From: Eledone cirrhosa
Lineage: Eukaryota
DNA length: 64,000 nucleotides
Reading direction: 5' to 3'
NCBI GenBank assembly: GCA_964016885.1
Contig: OZ024763.1
Coordinates: forward strand, 19,902,001 to 19,966,000
Position numbers and translations under genes: made by a program. Of this stretch, positions 15,442-32,149 are shown piece by piece. The first letter of the stretch is position 1. Every line of letters starts with the position of its first letter. The notes beneath the pieces are model-generated. The model was not told the origin of the DNA. It saw only the letters and a program-made list of their open reading frames with translations, and did no database searches.

Positions 15442-15510
15442 ATTTTATTATGCGCATTTCAAAAACAAACATCATCAAGCAATAATATTTGTGTTTTCAT
15501 CAGATAAAAC
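15442..15510 (-). ncRNA. Type I hammerhead, family H6 (left arm of fold-back 15404-15683)
   Basis: GTTTTAT CTGATGA AAACACAAAT...GTTTGTTTTT GAAA TGCGCA TA / ATAAAAT. Confidence 0.75.
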
Positions 15511-15576
15511 AGGAAAACATGATATGAAGGCTAAAAAAACACAAGTGCTTTTTTAGCCTTCATATCATGTTCTCCT

Positions 15577-15645
15577 GTTTTATCTGATGAAAACACAAAT
15601 ATTATTGCTTGATGATGTTTGTTTTTGAAATGCGCATAATAAAAT
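15577..15645 (+). ncRNA. Type I hammerhead, family H6 (right arm)
   Basis: CTGATGA 15584-15590, GAAA 15627-15630, palindromic TGCGCA, then TA and stem I. Confidence 0.75.
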
Positions 15646-15681
15646 ATATGGAACTCCTTTAACCATCTTTTGATCTTATAT

Positions 15682-17915
<2,234 letters not shown>

Positions 17916-18606
17916 TGTCAGGTCACCAGTTGGTGCTACTGGTAACATGTATCCCAGTACAACCTGTCTCATGGTCGGGTCGTTGGCGACTAAACTGGCA
18001 ACCCCACCAAGGTTTCTTGGTGAGGAGGGTGACTTTGGACATCCTGCAGGACTAAAAACAAAACCTGTCAAAGGGCAAAGGAGCTCTTAAGAGTCAATGG
18101 CCATCCAAAATCACCGGGAGAGATGACCCCTTAGCCTTTGTCAAGGCAGAATTCTAGGAGAAGGAAAACTCTGATATAACACCTGCAACCCTGATGGTAT
18201 CCAATGAGGTTGACTTGTTCTTCTTTTTGGTAAATATCATCTTGGTTAAGAGAGTGGGACTGGCTTTGTGCAGTGCCTTTGCTCACTATAAAAGCTTCAC
18301 AGCACAGGCATTGCTTTATATCTGGAGATCTCTCTGCACTTGTCGTCACATGGTACCATGGGCCCAGCACTATGTGTCAATTATTGTCACAAGTGTAGTG
18401 TTTGTACCAGAGTTTTCAAGTCGCTGGCTGGACTAAAAAGTCACACTCGTTCAGAGCATCAGTAGGGGTTCTCCTACATGGATATAAAGTAGTGGCCGTA
18501 CTCGAAAAACGAGTTGGTAGCCACCATATACATATATGTATATATATGTATATACATATATGTATATGTATGTATATATATGTATATATATGTATGTATA
18601 TATATG

Positions 18607-18665
<59 letters not shown>

Positions 18666-18688
18666 ATACATGTATGTATATATATATA

Positions 18689-19342
18689 ATCATCATCATC
18701 ATCATCAACGTTTAACGTCCGTGTTCCACGCTTGCATGGGTTTGGAGGGGGGTTTTCCCACTTGAGGCAAGAGTGATTGTCTTGCTTGCATAGGACTGTC
18801 TGGCGGGTTTTCTACAGCTGGATGCCCTTCCTAACACCAACCACATTTACAGTGTGGGGCTGGGAGGTTTTTACCGTGTTGCCTACACGGCCACATTACA
18901 GCGTGGACTGTGTGTTTTTTTTATCGTGACACCTACACGATCTAATTTGTTTCGGCCTGGATGTTGTGGCACCAACATAACTTTACATTGAAAGGGGCGG
19001 TGTGGATGGGGTGGGGGTGGTGGGACGGGGGTGTATTTAGCTAGAGATGCCTACTGACTGTAGTAGGTATTACTTTGTATTTAGGTAAGGCGGGTCTTCT
19101 CTATTACTGAGTACCGCCAAAGGTCTCGGTCCAGTGACATTGTCTTGGAGAGGTGTAAGTGTGTGAGGTCGGAATTTATCAGCTCGTCCCAGGTTTTTCT
19201 GGGTCTGCCTACTCCGTGGCTACCGTCTATCTTTATTGCCCTGCACTTTATTATACAGCTATCGTCTTTCATGCGCATCACGTGACCATACCAACGTAGC
19301 CTTCTCTCGAGTAAACAACATCTGATCCCTCTTATTTCTAAT

Positions 19343-19343
<1 letters not shown>
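18689..19343 (-). mobile_element. RTE LINE subfamily A, 5'-truncated 3' end
   Basis: Encodes ...[14 protein letters not shown]...GRPRKTW; 3' UTR and (GAT)n tail match the 26684-28810 copy. Confidence 0.9.
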
Positions 19344-19377
<34 letters not shown>

Positions 19378-19423
19378 GTATATATATGTATATATATGTA
19401 TATATATATATATATGTATATAT

Positions 19424-19921
19424 ATCATCATCATCATCATCATCATTTTACGTCCGCTTTTCCCTGCTTGCAAGGGTGGGACGGGTCTTATTCAGCACAG
19501 CATCTCTCCACTCGTCACGGTCCCTCGTCATCTCCACCGTGAGCTTCAATGATCTGAGGTCTGTTCTCACCACCTCCGCCCATGTTTTTCGTGGTCTACC
19601 TCTACCACGTCTTCCTTCAACTGTCAATTCCTGGCACTTCTTCACCCATCGGTCATCCTCCATGCGCATCACATGTCCATACCACCTCAGTCTCCTCTCC
19701 CGTACACTACATTCTATCCCTCTCAGACACAGTGTCTCTCTCAACACATTTATGCTGGGTCGTTCACGCACATTTACACTGCACATCCAACGGTGCATGC
19801 TTGCCTCATTTCTCTCCAGCTGTCGCATATCTTCTGCAGTTGCTGCCCATGTCTCACTACCATGCAGCATCGCGCTCCTCACACAGGCATCATACAACCG
19901 GCCTTTCGTACCTTTCCAATA
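19424..19921 (-). mobile_element. RTE LINE subfamily C, 5'-truncated
   Basis: [20 protein letters not shown]...RLRWYGHV...RGRPRKTW; the stop codon is directly followed by a (GAT)n tail. Confidence 0.9.
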
Positions 19922-21832
<1,911 letters not shown>

Positions 21833-21835
21833 GAG

Positions 21836-24064
21836 AGAGAGAGAAGCTAGGCGACAAGTATACTTACCTAGGAGGGAAGCAGAGGATAGAAAATTCAAGC
21901 ATGTTTTACAACGTGAGGACCAGAAACAGGAGGTGTTCAAGATTGCGAGGCAGTGTGTCAGAGATAGTTGTGATGTCGTTGGAGAGAAGTGTATCCGGAA
22001 TGATAAAGGTGAGCTTGCCCTCACAAGTGCTGAGAAGAAAGATGCATGGAAGAGTCATTATGATAGATTACTAAATGAGGAGAATGCATGGGAAGAAGAG
22101 ACCCTACCCCACGTAGACCCTATAGCGGGACCAGCAGTACAAGTCAGCAGCAGCGTAGTAAGTAAGGCAATCAAAGATATGAAGATGGGGAAGGCAACTG
22201 GTCCATCGGGTATAGCTGCCGAGATGCTGAAGGCATCTGTGTCTGTAGGTCACACTATAACCACACGTATTGTTAACCAGGTAATACTAGAAGGTGTCAT
22301 ACCAAAAGATTGGTGCAGTAGCATCATTGTCAACTGCTACAAAGGTAAAGGCGATGCACTAGATTGAGTAAACTATAGAGGTATAAAGTTGATGGACCAG
22401 GTCATGAAAGTAACAGAAAGAGTTATAGCACAGCTGATTAGGGACCGGGTGAAAATAGACGAGATGCAATTTGGGTTTGTACCAGGGAGAGGCACCACTG
22501 ATGCCCTCTTCCTTGTGAGGCAATTACAGGAAATGTACCTAGCTAAAAGTAAGCCACTCTACTTGGCATTTGTCGACCTTGAGAAAGCCTTTGACAGAGT
22601 TCCACGTGCTGTAATCTGGTGGGCTCTTAGAAAACTAGGAGTAGATGAATGGCTTGTGAAAGCGGTACAAGCCATGTATAGGGGAGCAGTCAGCAAAGTT
22701 AGGATTAGCAATGAGTATAGCGAGGAATTTAGCGTACAGGCTGGGGTCCACCAGGGCTCTGTTCTTAGCCCTCTCCTGTTCATCATAGTCCTGCAGACAA
22801 TAACGGAGGAGTTTAAGACCGGATGCCCATGGGAACTCCTGTATGCTGATGACCTCGCACTTATAGCTGAATCTATGGTAGAACTAGAGAAGAAATTCCA
22901 AACTTGGAAGCAGGGACTGGAAAGAAAAGGTCTCAAAGTCAACATGACAAAGACTAAGGTCCTTGTAAGTAGACGAGAAAACAGAACCCAGATCCCCTCA
23001 GGGAAATGGCCTTGCTCAGTATGTAGGAAAGGTGTAGGTAGCAACTCGATTCTCTGCCCCAAATGCAAACAATGGGTACACAAGAGATGTAGCGGGATCT
23101 CAGGAAGCTTAATTAAGAATGTAGGATTCACATGCAGCAAACAGCCACAGGAAACAAGTACCACCAATCTCTGGGAGGGCCCTGTAGAAACAGTAGACAG
23201 CTTCTTCTACCTAGGTGACCGAATTAGCAGCGGAGGTGGGTGTTCAGAAAGTACAATAACTAGGGTAAGAATGGGATGGAAGAAGTTTAGGGAACTACTA
23301 CCACTGCTAGCTGCAAAAGGCTTCTCCCTCAGAATGAAAGGCAGACTGTATGATGCGTGTATCCGAACAGCGATGTTGCATGGTAGTGAGACCTGGGCGC
23401 TGAAGGTGGAAGACTTATGTAGATTAGAGAGAAACAAAGCCTGTATGCTCCGATGGATGTGTAACAGTAATATACGTGAACGACAAAGAATAAATGAATT
23501 GAGAGAGAGACTGAGCATAAGAGGAATCAAGTGCTGTGTGCAGGAGAGGCGGTTGCACTGGTATGGACATGTGATGCGTATGAAGGATGACAGCTGCATA
23601 AAAAGGTGCAGAGCACTAGAAGTTGATGGAAACCGCGGAGTGGGGAGACCCAAGATGACCTGGGATGAGGTGATAAAAGCCGACCTTACCCAATTGCACC
23701 TCTCAAAGACAATGACTTCTGGCGTCACGCAGTAATACAGAGTACCCGACCTCCCATGGGTACAAGCTGAAACATATAGACAATATGCCCCCACACCCCC
23801 CACCGCAAGGTGGTCGTGGAGGTGCCACGGCAAAAAAGCACCCAGCCCACACTGTAAAGTGGACATGTAGGCGCCACGAAAAAGCACCCAGCACTCACTG
23901 TAAATGAGGTTGGTGTTAGGAAGGGCATCCAGCTGTAGAAATCAAGCCAAATCAGTTCCTGTATGAGCAAGGTATGGTCAGCCGACCAGACACTGCCCAC
24001 AACAGGACAACCCGTCTAACCCATGCTAGCGTGGAAGAACGGACGTAAAACGGTGATGATGATG

Positions 24065-24066
<2 letters not shown>
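21836..24066 (+). mobile_element. RTE LINE subfamily B, 5'-truncated and frameshifted (RT domain with PHD finger)
   Basis: ORFs 21933-22367 and 22389-23735 contain [41 protein letters not shown] and YLG. Frameshift near 22365 and small deletions; (GAT)n tail. Confidence 0.95.
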
Positions 24067-24108
<42 letters not shown>

Positions 24109-24287
24109 ATATATATATATATATATAAAATTTCAGGTTATCAATAATGTAGTGATAATATATCGTTACGTTAGAGATGAACAGCGTACGTGCAGGTTAG
24201 CTCAACGAGTATAAATTATATTCCGGAGAAAATCTAGAAAGGATGAATATAAAATGAAAGTGCTTTTTTTAAAAAGGAATTTATTAG

Positions 24288-24406
24288 GTATTGACATATG
24301 TTTTTGTAACAGACGGAATACCTATGTATCGCTGCTTGCGTAATCATATAATGTTAGCAAGTATTCGATAGCAAATGTATAATCAGTTGTCACTTCTTCA
24401 GAGATT
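24288..24406 (-). ncRNA. Degenerate long-stem-II hammerhead, family H7, in PLE-like fragment 24125-24578
   Basis: CTGAAGA a GTGACA...TGTTAC a AAAA CATATG TC; flanks resemble 38915-39455. Confidence 0.35.
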
Positions 24407-24582
24407 TTGGATAAATTGGATAAAATCAGAAAAATTGAAGTATTTATATTAGTAATAGAGGAAGGAAAAGGAGGGGATAGTATATGACAGATGGTAAATT
24501 AATTTACTGCTAAACAAGTATATAATGGGTTTCTAATGAGTAAATCTAAATAAGAATTTTGGGAGTGCCAATTTTAATATAT

Positions 24583-25989
24583 ATCATCATCATCATCATC
24601 ATCATCACCGTTTTACGTCCGTTCTTCCACGCTAGCATGGGTTAGACGGGTTGTCCTGTTGTGGGCAGTGTCTGGTCGGCTGACCATGCCTTGCTCATAC
24701 AGGAACTGATCTGGCTTGATTTCTACAGCTGGATGCCCTTCCTAACACCAACCTCATTTACAGTGAGTGCTGGGTGCTTTTTCGTGGCGCCTACACGTCC
24801 ACTTTACAGTGTGGGCTGGGTGCTTTTTTGCCGTGGCACCTCCACGACCACCTTGCGGTGGGGGGGGGGGGGGGGCATATTGTTTATATGCTTCAGCATG
24901 TACCCATGGGAGGTCGGGTACCCTGTATTACTGCGTGACGCCAGAAGTCACGGTCGTGTGTCATTGACTTTGAGAGGTGTAGTTGGGTAAGGTCGGCTTT
25001 TATCACCTCATCCCAAGTCATCTTGGGTCTCCCCACTCCGCGGTTTCCATCAACTTCTAGTGCTCTGCACCTTTTTATGCAGCTGTCATCCTTCATACGC
25101 ATCACATGTCCATACCAGCGTAACCGCCTCTCCTGCACGCAGCATTTGATTCCTCTTATGCTCAGTCTCTCTCTCAATTCATTTATGCTTTGTCGTTCAC
25201 GTATATTACTGTTACACATCCATCGGAGCATGCAGGCTTCGTTTCTCTCTAATCTACGTAAGTCTTCCACCTTCAGCGCCCAGGTCTCACTACCATGCAA
25301 CATCGCTGTTCGGATACACGCATCATACAGTCTGCCTTTCATTCTGAGGGAGAAGCCTTTTGCAGCTAGCAGTGGTAGTAGTTCCCTAAACTTCTTCCAT
25401 CCCGTTCTTACCCTAGTTATTGTACTTTCTGAGCACCCACCTCCGTTGCTAATTCGGTCACCTAGGTAGCAGAAGCTGTCTACTGTTTCTACAGGGCCCT
25501 CCCAGAGATTGGTGGTACTTGTTTCCTGTGGCTGTTTGCTTGCTGTTTCAGCACAGCTGCTGCATGTGAATCCTACATTCTTAATTAAGCTTCCTGAGAT
25601 CCCGCTACATCTCTTGTGTACCCATTGTTTGCATTTGGGGCAAAGAATGGAGTTCCTACCTACACCTTTCCTACATACTGAGCAAGGCCATTTCCCTGAG
25701 GGGATCTGGGTTCTGTTTTCTCGTCTACTTATAAGGACCTTAGTCTTTGTCATGTTGACTTTGAGGCCCTTTCTCTCTAGTCCCTGCTTCCAGGTTTGGA
25801 ATTTATTCTCTAGTTCTACCATAGATTCAGCTATGAGTGCGAGGTCATCAGCATACAGGAGTTCCCATGGGCATCCGGTCTTAAACTCCTCCGTTATTGC
25901 CTGCAGGACTATGATGAACAGGAGAGGGCTAAGAACAGAGCCCTGGTGGACCCCAACCTGTACGCTAAATTCCTCGCTATACTCGCTAT
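24583..25989 (-). mobile_element. RTE LINE subfamily B, 5'-truncated
   Basis: ORF 24893-25822 with an intact C4HC3 finger; reverse complement of ~22712-24066. Confidence 0.95.
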
Positions 25990-26044
25990 ATATATATATA
26001 TATACTCGCTATATATATATATATATATATATATACTCGCTATA

Positions 26045-26171
<127 letters not shown>

Positions 26172-26186
26172 GTGTTTATATACATA

Positions 26187-26532
26187 TCATTTCATCATCA
26201 TCATTTCATTTTACGTCCGCTTTTTCCCGGCTTGCAAGGGTGGGACGGAAACTGATGCTGGCTTGATTTCTACAGCTGGATGCCCTTCCTAACACCAACC
26301 TCATTTACAGTGAGTGCTGGGTGCTTTTTTGCCGTGGCACCTCCACGACCACTTTGCAGTGGAATGATATGGACCCCAGTCTTATCATCTCATTTCTACA
26401 GCTGAGTAAACTGGAGCAATGTGAAATAAAGTGTCTTACTCAAGGAAACAACACATCACCCGGTCTGAGAATTGAACTCACAACCTTTTGATTGCAAGGC
26501 CAATGCTCTAACCACTAAGCCATATGCCTCCA
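26187..26532 (-). mobile_element. tRNA-derived CORE-like SINE with an RTE subfamily C-type tail
   Basis: Head ggaggcatatggcttagtggttagagc (A box), gagttcaattc (B box); tail cccttgcaagccgggaaaaagcggacgtaaaatg. Confidence 0.85.
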
Positions 26533-26683
26533 TATATATTTATATATACATATATAAATGGAAAAAATGAAACGAAATTTCATTTCTCACTCTTAGTACG
26601 GCTGTTACTTAAATAGAAGTATACATACTTATATATACATACGTATACATACTTATATATACATATATATTTATATATAAATA

Positions 26684-28810
26684 TACGAAACGCTTCTAAA
26701 TGAGGAGAATAAATGGGAGAAAGACATTCTCCCCCACATCGACCCAATAGAGGGACCAGCAGTGTTAGTCGAAGGTAGTATAATAAGTAAGGCAATCAAA
26801 GATATGAAGACGGGTAAGGCGGCTGGGCCTTCGGAAATAGTTGCTGAGATGCTGAAAGCCTCTGGAACGGTGGGACACACCATGGTCACCCGGATAGTAA
26901 ACCAAGTCATACAGAATGGGGTTGTTCCGAAGGACTGGCGTAGCAGCATCATCATTAACTGTTACAAGGGTAAAGGAGATGCCCTAGATAGGAGTAACTA
27001 TAGAGGCATTAAATTAATCGACCAGGTCATGAAGGTCACGGAAAAAGTAATAGCGCAACTAATCAGAGAGAGAATTGATCTAGATGAAATGCAGTTCGGG
27101 TTTGTGTCAGGCAAAAGTACCACAGACGCTCTTTTCATTGTACGACAACTACAGGAGAAGTACCTAGCTAAAAGTAAACCACTATACTTAGCTTTTGTCG
27201 ACTTGGAGAAAGCCTTCGACAGAGTCCCCCATTCCATTATCTGGTGGGCTCTTAGAAAACTAGGTGTTGACGAATGGCTTGTGAGAGCTATACAAGCCAT
27301 GTATCAAGAAACAGTCAGCAAGGTTAGAATTAACAACGAATATAGTGAAGAGTTTAGTGTAAAAGTTGGTGTTCATCAGGGCTCTGTTCTTAGCCCCCTA
27401 CTATTTATTATTGCCCTTCAGGCTATAACAGGGGAGTTCAAGACCGGCTGCCCATGGGAACTCCTATACGCAGATGATCTAACGCTCATAGCTGAATCAA
27501 TGGCCGAGCTAGAGAAGAAATTCCAAACATGGAAGCACGGCCTAGAATCAAAAGGCCTTAAAATTAACCTGGCTAAGATTAAATTTCTAGTTTGTAGGAA
27601 AGAAAATAAGGTGCCGGTAGCTTCCGGGAAATGGCCATGCTCAGTGTGTAGGAAAGGCATAGGTAGAAACTCCATTTTATGTCCCAAATGCAAAGTATGG
27701 GTGCATAAAAGATGTAGTGGGATCACAGGTAAGCTAACTAAGAACATAGATTTTACATGTGGCCGGTGCTCTGGTGCAATAAGTAGCAGCAAGTGCCCAC
27801 AGAATACTAGCTCTTTCAATTGTGCAGAGGGTTCTATAGAAATAGTGGACACGTTCCGTTACCTGGGTGACAAAATCTGCAGTGGGGGAGGGTGCTCTGA
27901 AAGTACAGTAGCTAGAGTCAGAACTGAATGGAAAAAGTTCAGAGAGCTTATACCACTATTAGCTGCTAAAGGGTTCTCCCTAAAAATGAAAGGCAGGTTG
28001 TATGATGCCTGCATCCGAACAGCAATGATGCATGGTAGTGAGACCTGGGCATTGTGTGCAGAGGATATACGCAGACTAGAGAGCAACGAAGCTTGCATGC
28101 TCCGCTGGATGTGTAATAGTAATATACGTGAACGGCAAAGCATAAACAAACTAAGGGAAAAATTAGAAATAAGAGGGATCAGATGTTGTTTACTCGAGAG
28201 AAGGCTACGTTGGTATGGTCACGTGATGCGCATGAATGACGACAGCTGTATAAAAAAGTGCAGGGCAATAAAGATAGACTGTAGCCACGGAGTAGGCAGA
28301 CCCAGAAAAACCTGGGACGAGCTGATAAATTCCAACCACACACACTTACACCTCTCCAAGACAATGTCACTGGACCAAGATCTTTGGCGCTACTCAGTAA
28401 TAGAGAAGACCCGCCTTGCCTAAATACAAAGTAAACCTACTACAGTCAGTAGGCATCTCTAACAAAATACGCCCCCGTCACACCACCCCCAACTCATTCA
28501 CACCGCTCCTTTCAATGTAAAGTTATGTTGGTGCCACAACATCCAGGCCGAAACAAATGAGATCGTGTAGGTGTCACGACAAAAAAACACACAGTCCACG
28601 CTGTAATGTGGCCGTGTAGGTAACACGGTAAAAACCTCCCAGTCCCACACTGTAAATGTGGTTGGTGTTAGGAAGGGCATCCAGCCGTAGAAAACCCGTC
28701 AGATAGTCCTATGCGAGCAAGACAACCACTCTTGCCTCAAGTGGGAAAACTCCCGTCCAAACCCATGCAAGCGTGGAACATGGACGTTAAACGATGATGA
28801 TGATGATGAT
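26684..28810 (+). mobile_element. RTE LINE subfamily A, 5'-truncated, uninterrupted 553-aa RT/PHD/C-terminal ORF (26762-28423)
   Basis: All RT motifs present including LLYADD; no endonuclease domain; 3' UTR followed by (GAT)n. Confidence 0.95.
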
Positions 28811-28891
28811 ATATATAGATATGTAAATATAAATATATATATATATATATATATATCAATATATAAATATATATATAAATATATATAAATA

Positions 28892-29240
28892 TCATCATCA
28901 TTCATCATCATTTCATTTTACGTCCACTTTTCCCTGCTTGCAAGGGTGGTACGGGAACTGATTCTGGCTTGATTTCTACAGCTGGATGCCCTTCCTAACA
29001 CCAACCTCATTTACAGTGAGTGCTGGGTGCTTTTTTTTTGCCGTGGCACCTCCACGACCACTTTGCAGTGGAATGATATGGACCCCAGTCCCTATCATCT
29101 CATTTCTACAGCTGAGTAAACTGGAGCAATGTGAAATAAAGTGTCTTGCTCAAGGAAACAACACATCACCCGGTCTGAGAATTGAACTCACAACCTTTCG
29201 ATTGCAAGGCCAATGCTCTAACCATTAAGCCATGTGCCTC
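28892..29240 (-). mobile_element. tRNA-derived CORE-like SINE with C-type tail
   Basis: Near-identical to the copies at 26187-26532 and 35052-35387. Confidence 0.85.
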
Positions 29241-29834
29241 AATAAATATATATGTATATAATGATAGTGGTACTGTGACTGATGATGGTGGTGGTGGTGG
29301 TTCTGGTGATGGTACTACTACTAAACCACATGTGGCCTGTGTTTTTATCATTTTACATTAAGCCTATGATTTTTTGTCGAGATATATTTATACACACACA
29401 CACATACACACACAGTCGGGGAGCCTACAATTCTGAGTGGGGCCTTACGATTTTACCATTTCACACAGTGTCTACAAATTTAGTGCTCTACAAAGTTATC
29501 TGGTTTTCAGTGTTGGCCCTATTTATGGCCTGGAGTCTATGTTTTGTGTGAGGGCCTACTCCACTCAAGATTTAGTTCTTTTATTCTTTTCTGCTTCTTG
29601 TAAATACATCATGCATGCTTCTTTAGAGCCGTAAGTTGTAGTGACATAGGGTTTATTGTGTATCTGGGGCATTTAAAAAAAACCTAGTGAAGTCCATCCC
29701 CTCACCAAGTCTGAACACAGGCAATTTCTTCCAGAGCAGGTGAGAGACTGAGGGAGGAAGAATTGACCCCAGTACTTGACTGGTATTTTTTAAAACCTGG
29801 TGGACCCCATCCCCTCTCTATGTTTGAACACTGA

Positions 29835-30530
29835 GACAGGTTTTAACACTTTGATGGACTGGTGTCCTGTTCAGGGGGAAGTCTTGTACTCTCAGTCGCT
29901 TCACATGATTGAAACTGGGAGCAAGACCAGCTTGATGAGCCTCCTGGCTCACAACAGACTTTAATCCTTTGATGGACTGGTGTCATGTCCAGGGGAGAGC
30001 CTTGTACTCTGAGTCACTTAACGCTACTGAAACCAGGACAAGCACTGGCCTGATGAACCTCTGGACTTGAGACAGACTTTAACCCTGTGATAGACTGACG
30101 TCTTGTCCAAGGGGAGAGTCTTGTACTCTCAGTCTCTTTATGCCACAGAAACCAGGATAAGCACCAGCTTGATGAGCCTCCAAGTTTAACCCTGTGACGG
30201 ATTGGTGCCCTGTCCAAGGGGAAGTCTGTCCTCGCAGTTGCTTCATGCCATAGAAACAGGGACAAGCACCAGATCAGATGAGCCTCCAGGCTTGAGACAA
30301 ACTTTAACCCTCTGATGGATTGGTCTCCTTTTCAGTGGGGAGTCTTGTACTCTCAGTTTTTTTATTCCACAAAAACCTGAATAAGCACCGGTCTGTGACA
30401 GACTTTAACCCTGTGCTGGACTGGTGTCCTGTCCAGGGGGAAGTCTTGTACTCAATTGCTTCATGCCATGGAAAATGGGACCAGCGTCTGCCTGATAAGC
30501 CTTAGGGCTCAAGAGAGATTTTAGACTTTT
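29835..30530 (+). repeat. Tandem ~100-120-bp repeats (~6) of the V-like SINE 3' part
   Basis: Unit gactttaaccctgtgatggactggtgtcctgtccaggggga...; matches 12893-13018. Confidence 0.75.
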
Positions 30531-30930
30531 TAATGTGTGTGTATGTGTATGTGTTTGTATATTTAATGTGTGTGTATATGTTTGTGGAGGGGAGGAGGCA
30601 TGTTCCTTCTACATGTCACATCTGGCTTAAGGTCTGTTATCAGGACTGGAGGCTCACGTTTTACATCTAGACTTGGACAGATGGGAAATGTAAGATTACT
30701 CGTACAAAATAGATGTAATGTATTAAAAATAGCTGTTTTACACTGCAGGAGACTTTTGTATTTAATGGGTGAAGTATATCATTTAATTAATAGGTTGTGA
30801 GATTGGGGAGGGGCAGTTAAACCACATGTGTTTACTAAATATAGACAAAGTCTGTGGCTTGGTGGTTAATGTGTTCAGCTCATATTCATAGGTCGTGGGT
30901 TTGAATCCTGGTTGTGCGTTGTGTCCTTAA

Positions 30931-31133
30931 TCCTTTAGCATTTAAACCGCCCATATCCGTCCAGAATTCTCTCACCTCTTTCTGTTCAAACCGGCTGTAA
31001 CTGGCCACTCATACTTATGTTAAGGTATTGTTCTCAAACTAAATAATATCAAAATCTCGTAGATTCAATATTATGTGAGTTAAAAGCCTTTACCATGAAA
31101 ATACAATAGTAAATATAGAGTAATGCTGAAGGG
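30931..31133 (+). mobile_element. piggyBac-type MITE inserted into a SINE head
   Basis: TTAA|tcctttagcatt ... aatgctgaaggg|TTAA terminal inverted repeats with TTAA target duplication; second copy at 56162-56382. Confidence 0.75.
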
Positions 31134-31221
31134 TTAAAGTGTGAAATATGTGATTTAATTGGAGGATGTACTAGGAGAGGGCGTGGCTGTTAAACCACAC
31201 GTGTTTACTAAATATAGACAT

Positions 31222-31520
31222 CTGTGGCTTCGTGGTTAATGTGTTTGACTCATAATTGTAAGGTCGTGGGTTTGAATCCCGGTGGTGCATTGTGTCCTTG
31301 AGCAAGATATTTTATTTCACGCTGCTCCAGTCCACTGAGCTGGTAAGGTAAAGGTGAGTTGTACCAGTAATTCAAAGTGGCCAACTTTGTCACACACACT
31401 GTGACATGCTGAGTCTCCCTGAGAGATATGTTTAGGTTGTATGTGTCTATAGAATGCTCAGTCACTTGCATGTTAATTTCATGAACACTGTTCTGGTGAT
31501 TGTATCAACTGACTGAGGTC
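31222..31520 (+). mobile_element. tRNA-derived SINE of a different family
   Basis: gtggcttcgtggttaa, ggtttgaatccc, ttgtgtccttgagcaag; the head and its flank are duplicated at 30810-30930. Confidence 0.65.
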
Positions 31521-32149
31521 CAACACATACATACACACACACACAGTCCTCTATGTGAGCATCCACACACATATACATATACACACCCATACACAAATAC
31601 ACAGATATAAACATATACATACACATACACTCATACACAGTCACATACACTCATACATATTCCCATACACACATACTCTCATACACACTCTCTCTCACAT
31701 ATACATACACCCTCTCACACATGTACACACACATTCACAAACACACATATTCTCTCACATACTCACACATTCACACACACACACACATTCTCTCACATAC
31801 TCACATACTCACACATTCACACACACACACACATGCATTCTCTCATACATTCTCGCACACATATTCTCTCTCTCTCTCTCTTACACACACAAACACTCTC
31901 TCACACGCACAAACACTCTCTCTCTCACACTTTCACACACACATACTCTTTCTCACATACACACACACTAACAGACTAAATAAGGAAGATAAAGATAATG
32001 AGCAAATAATAGAAATACTCAGCAGATGGAGAAGAATTGAAGACTTGTGGTGAGATTGATAAGGATAAGAATAAACCTTACCAAAATGTTGAAAGGGAAG
32101 GAATTTAGGGGTATAGAGAGAAATATAGATAAAGCATTGAAATATGAGA

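Noticed and set aside
17950-18000. Possible HDV-like ribozyme in RTE 5'-UTR-like sequence (ccagt...acc tgtctcat ggt...ctaa actgg)
   Set aside because: P2/P3/P4-like pairings are visible, but I could not build a P1 helix.
22840-22860. CTGATGA inside the LINE (also 25846, minus strand)
   Set aside because: It is the YADD coding sequence, with no hammerhead stems.
30028-30070. GAAAC...CTGATGA in the SINE-derived tandem as a permuted hammerhead
   Set aside because: Only one hairpin at most between the motifs and no UH site or second stem; CTGATGA is not conserved in most units.
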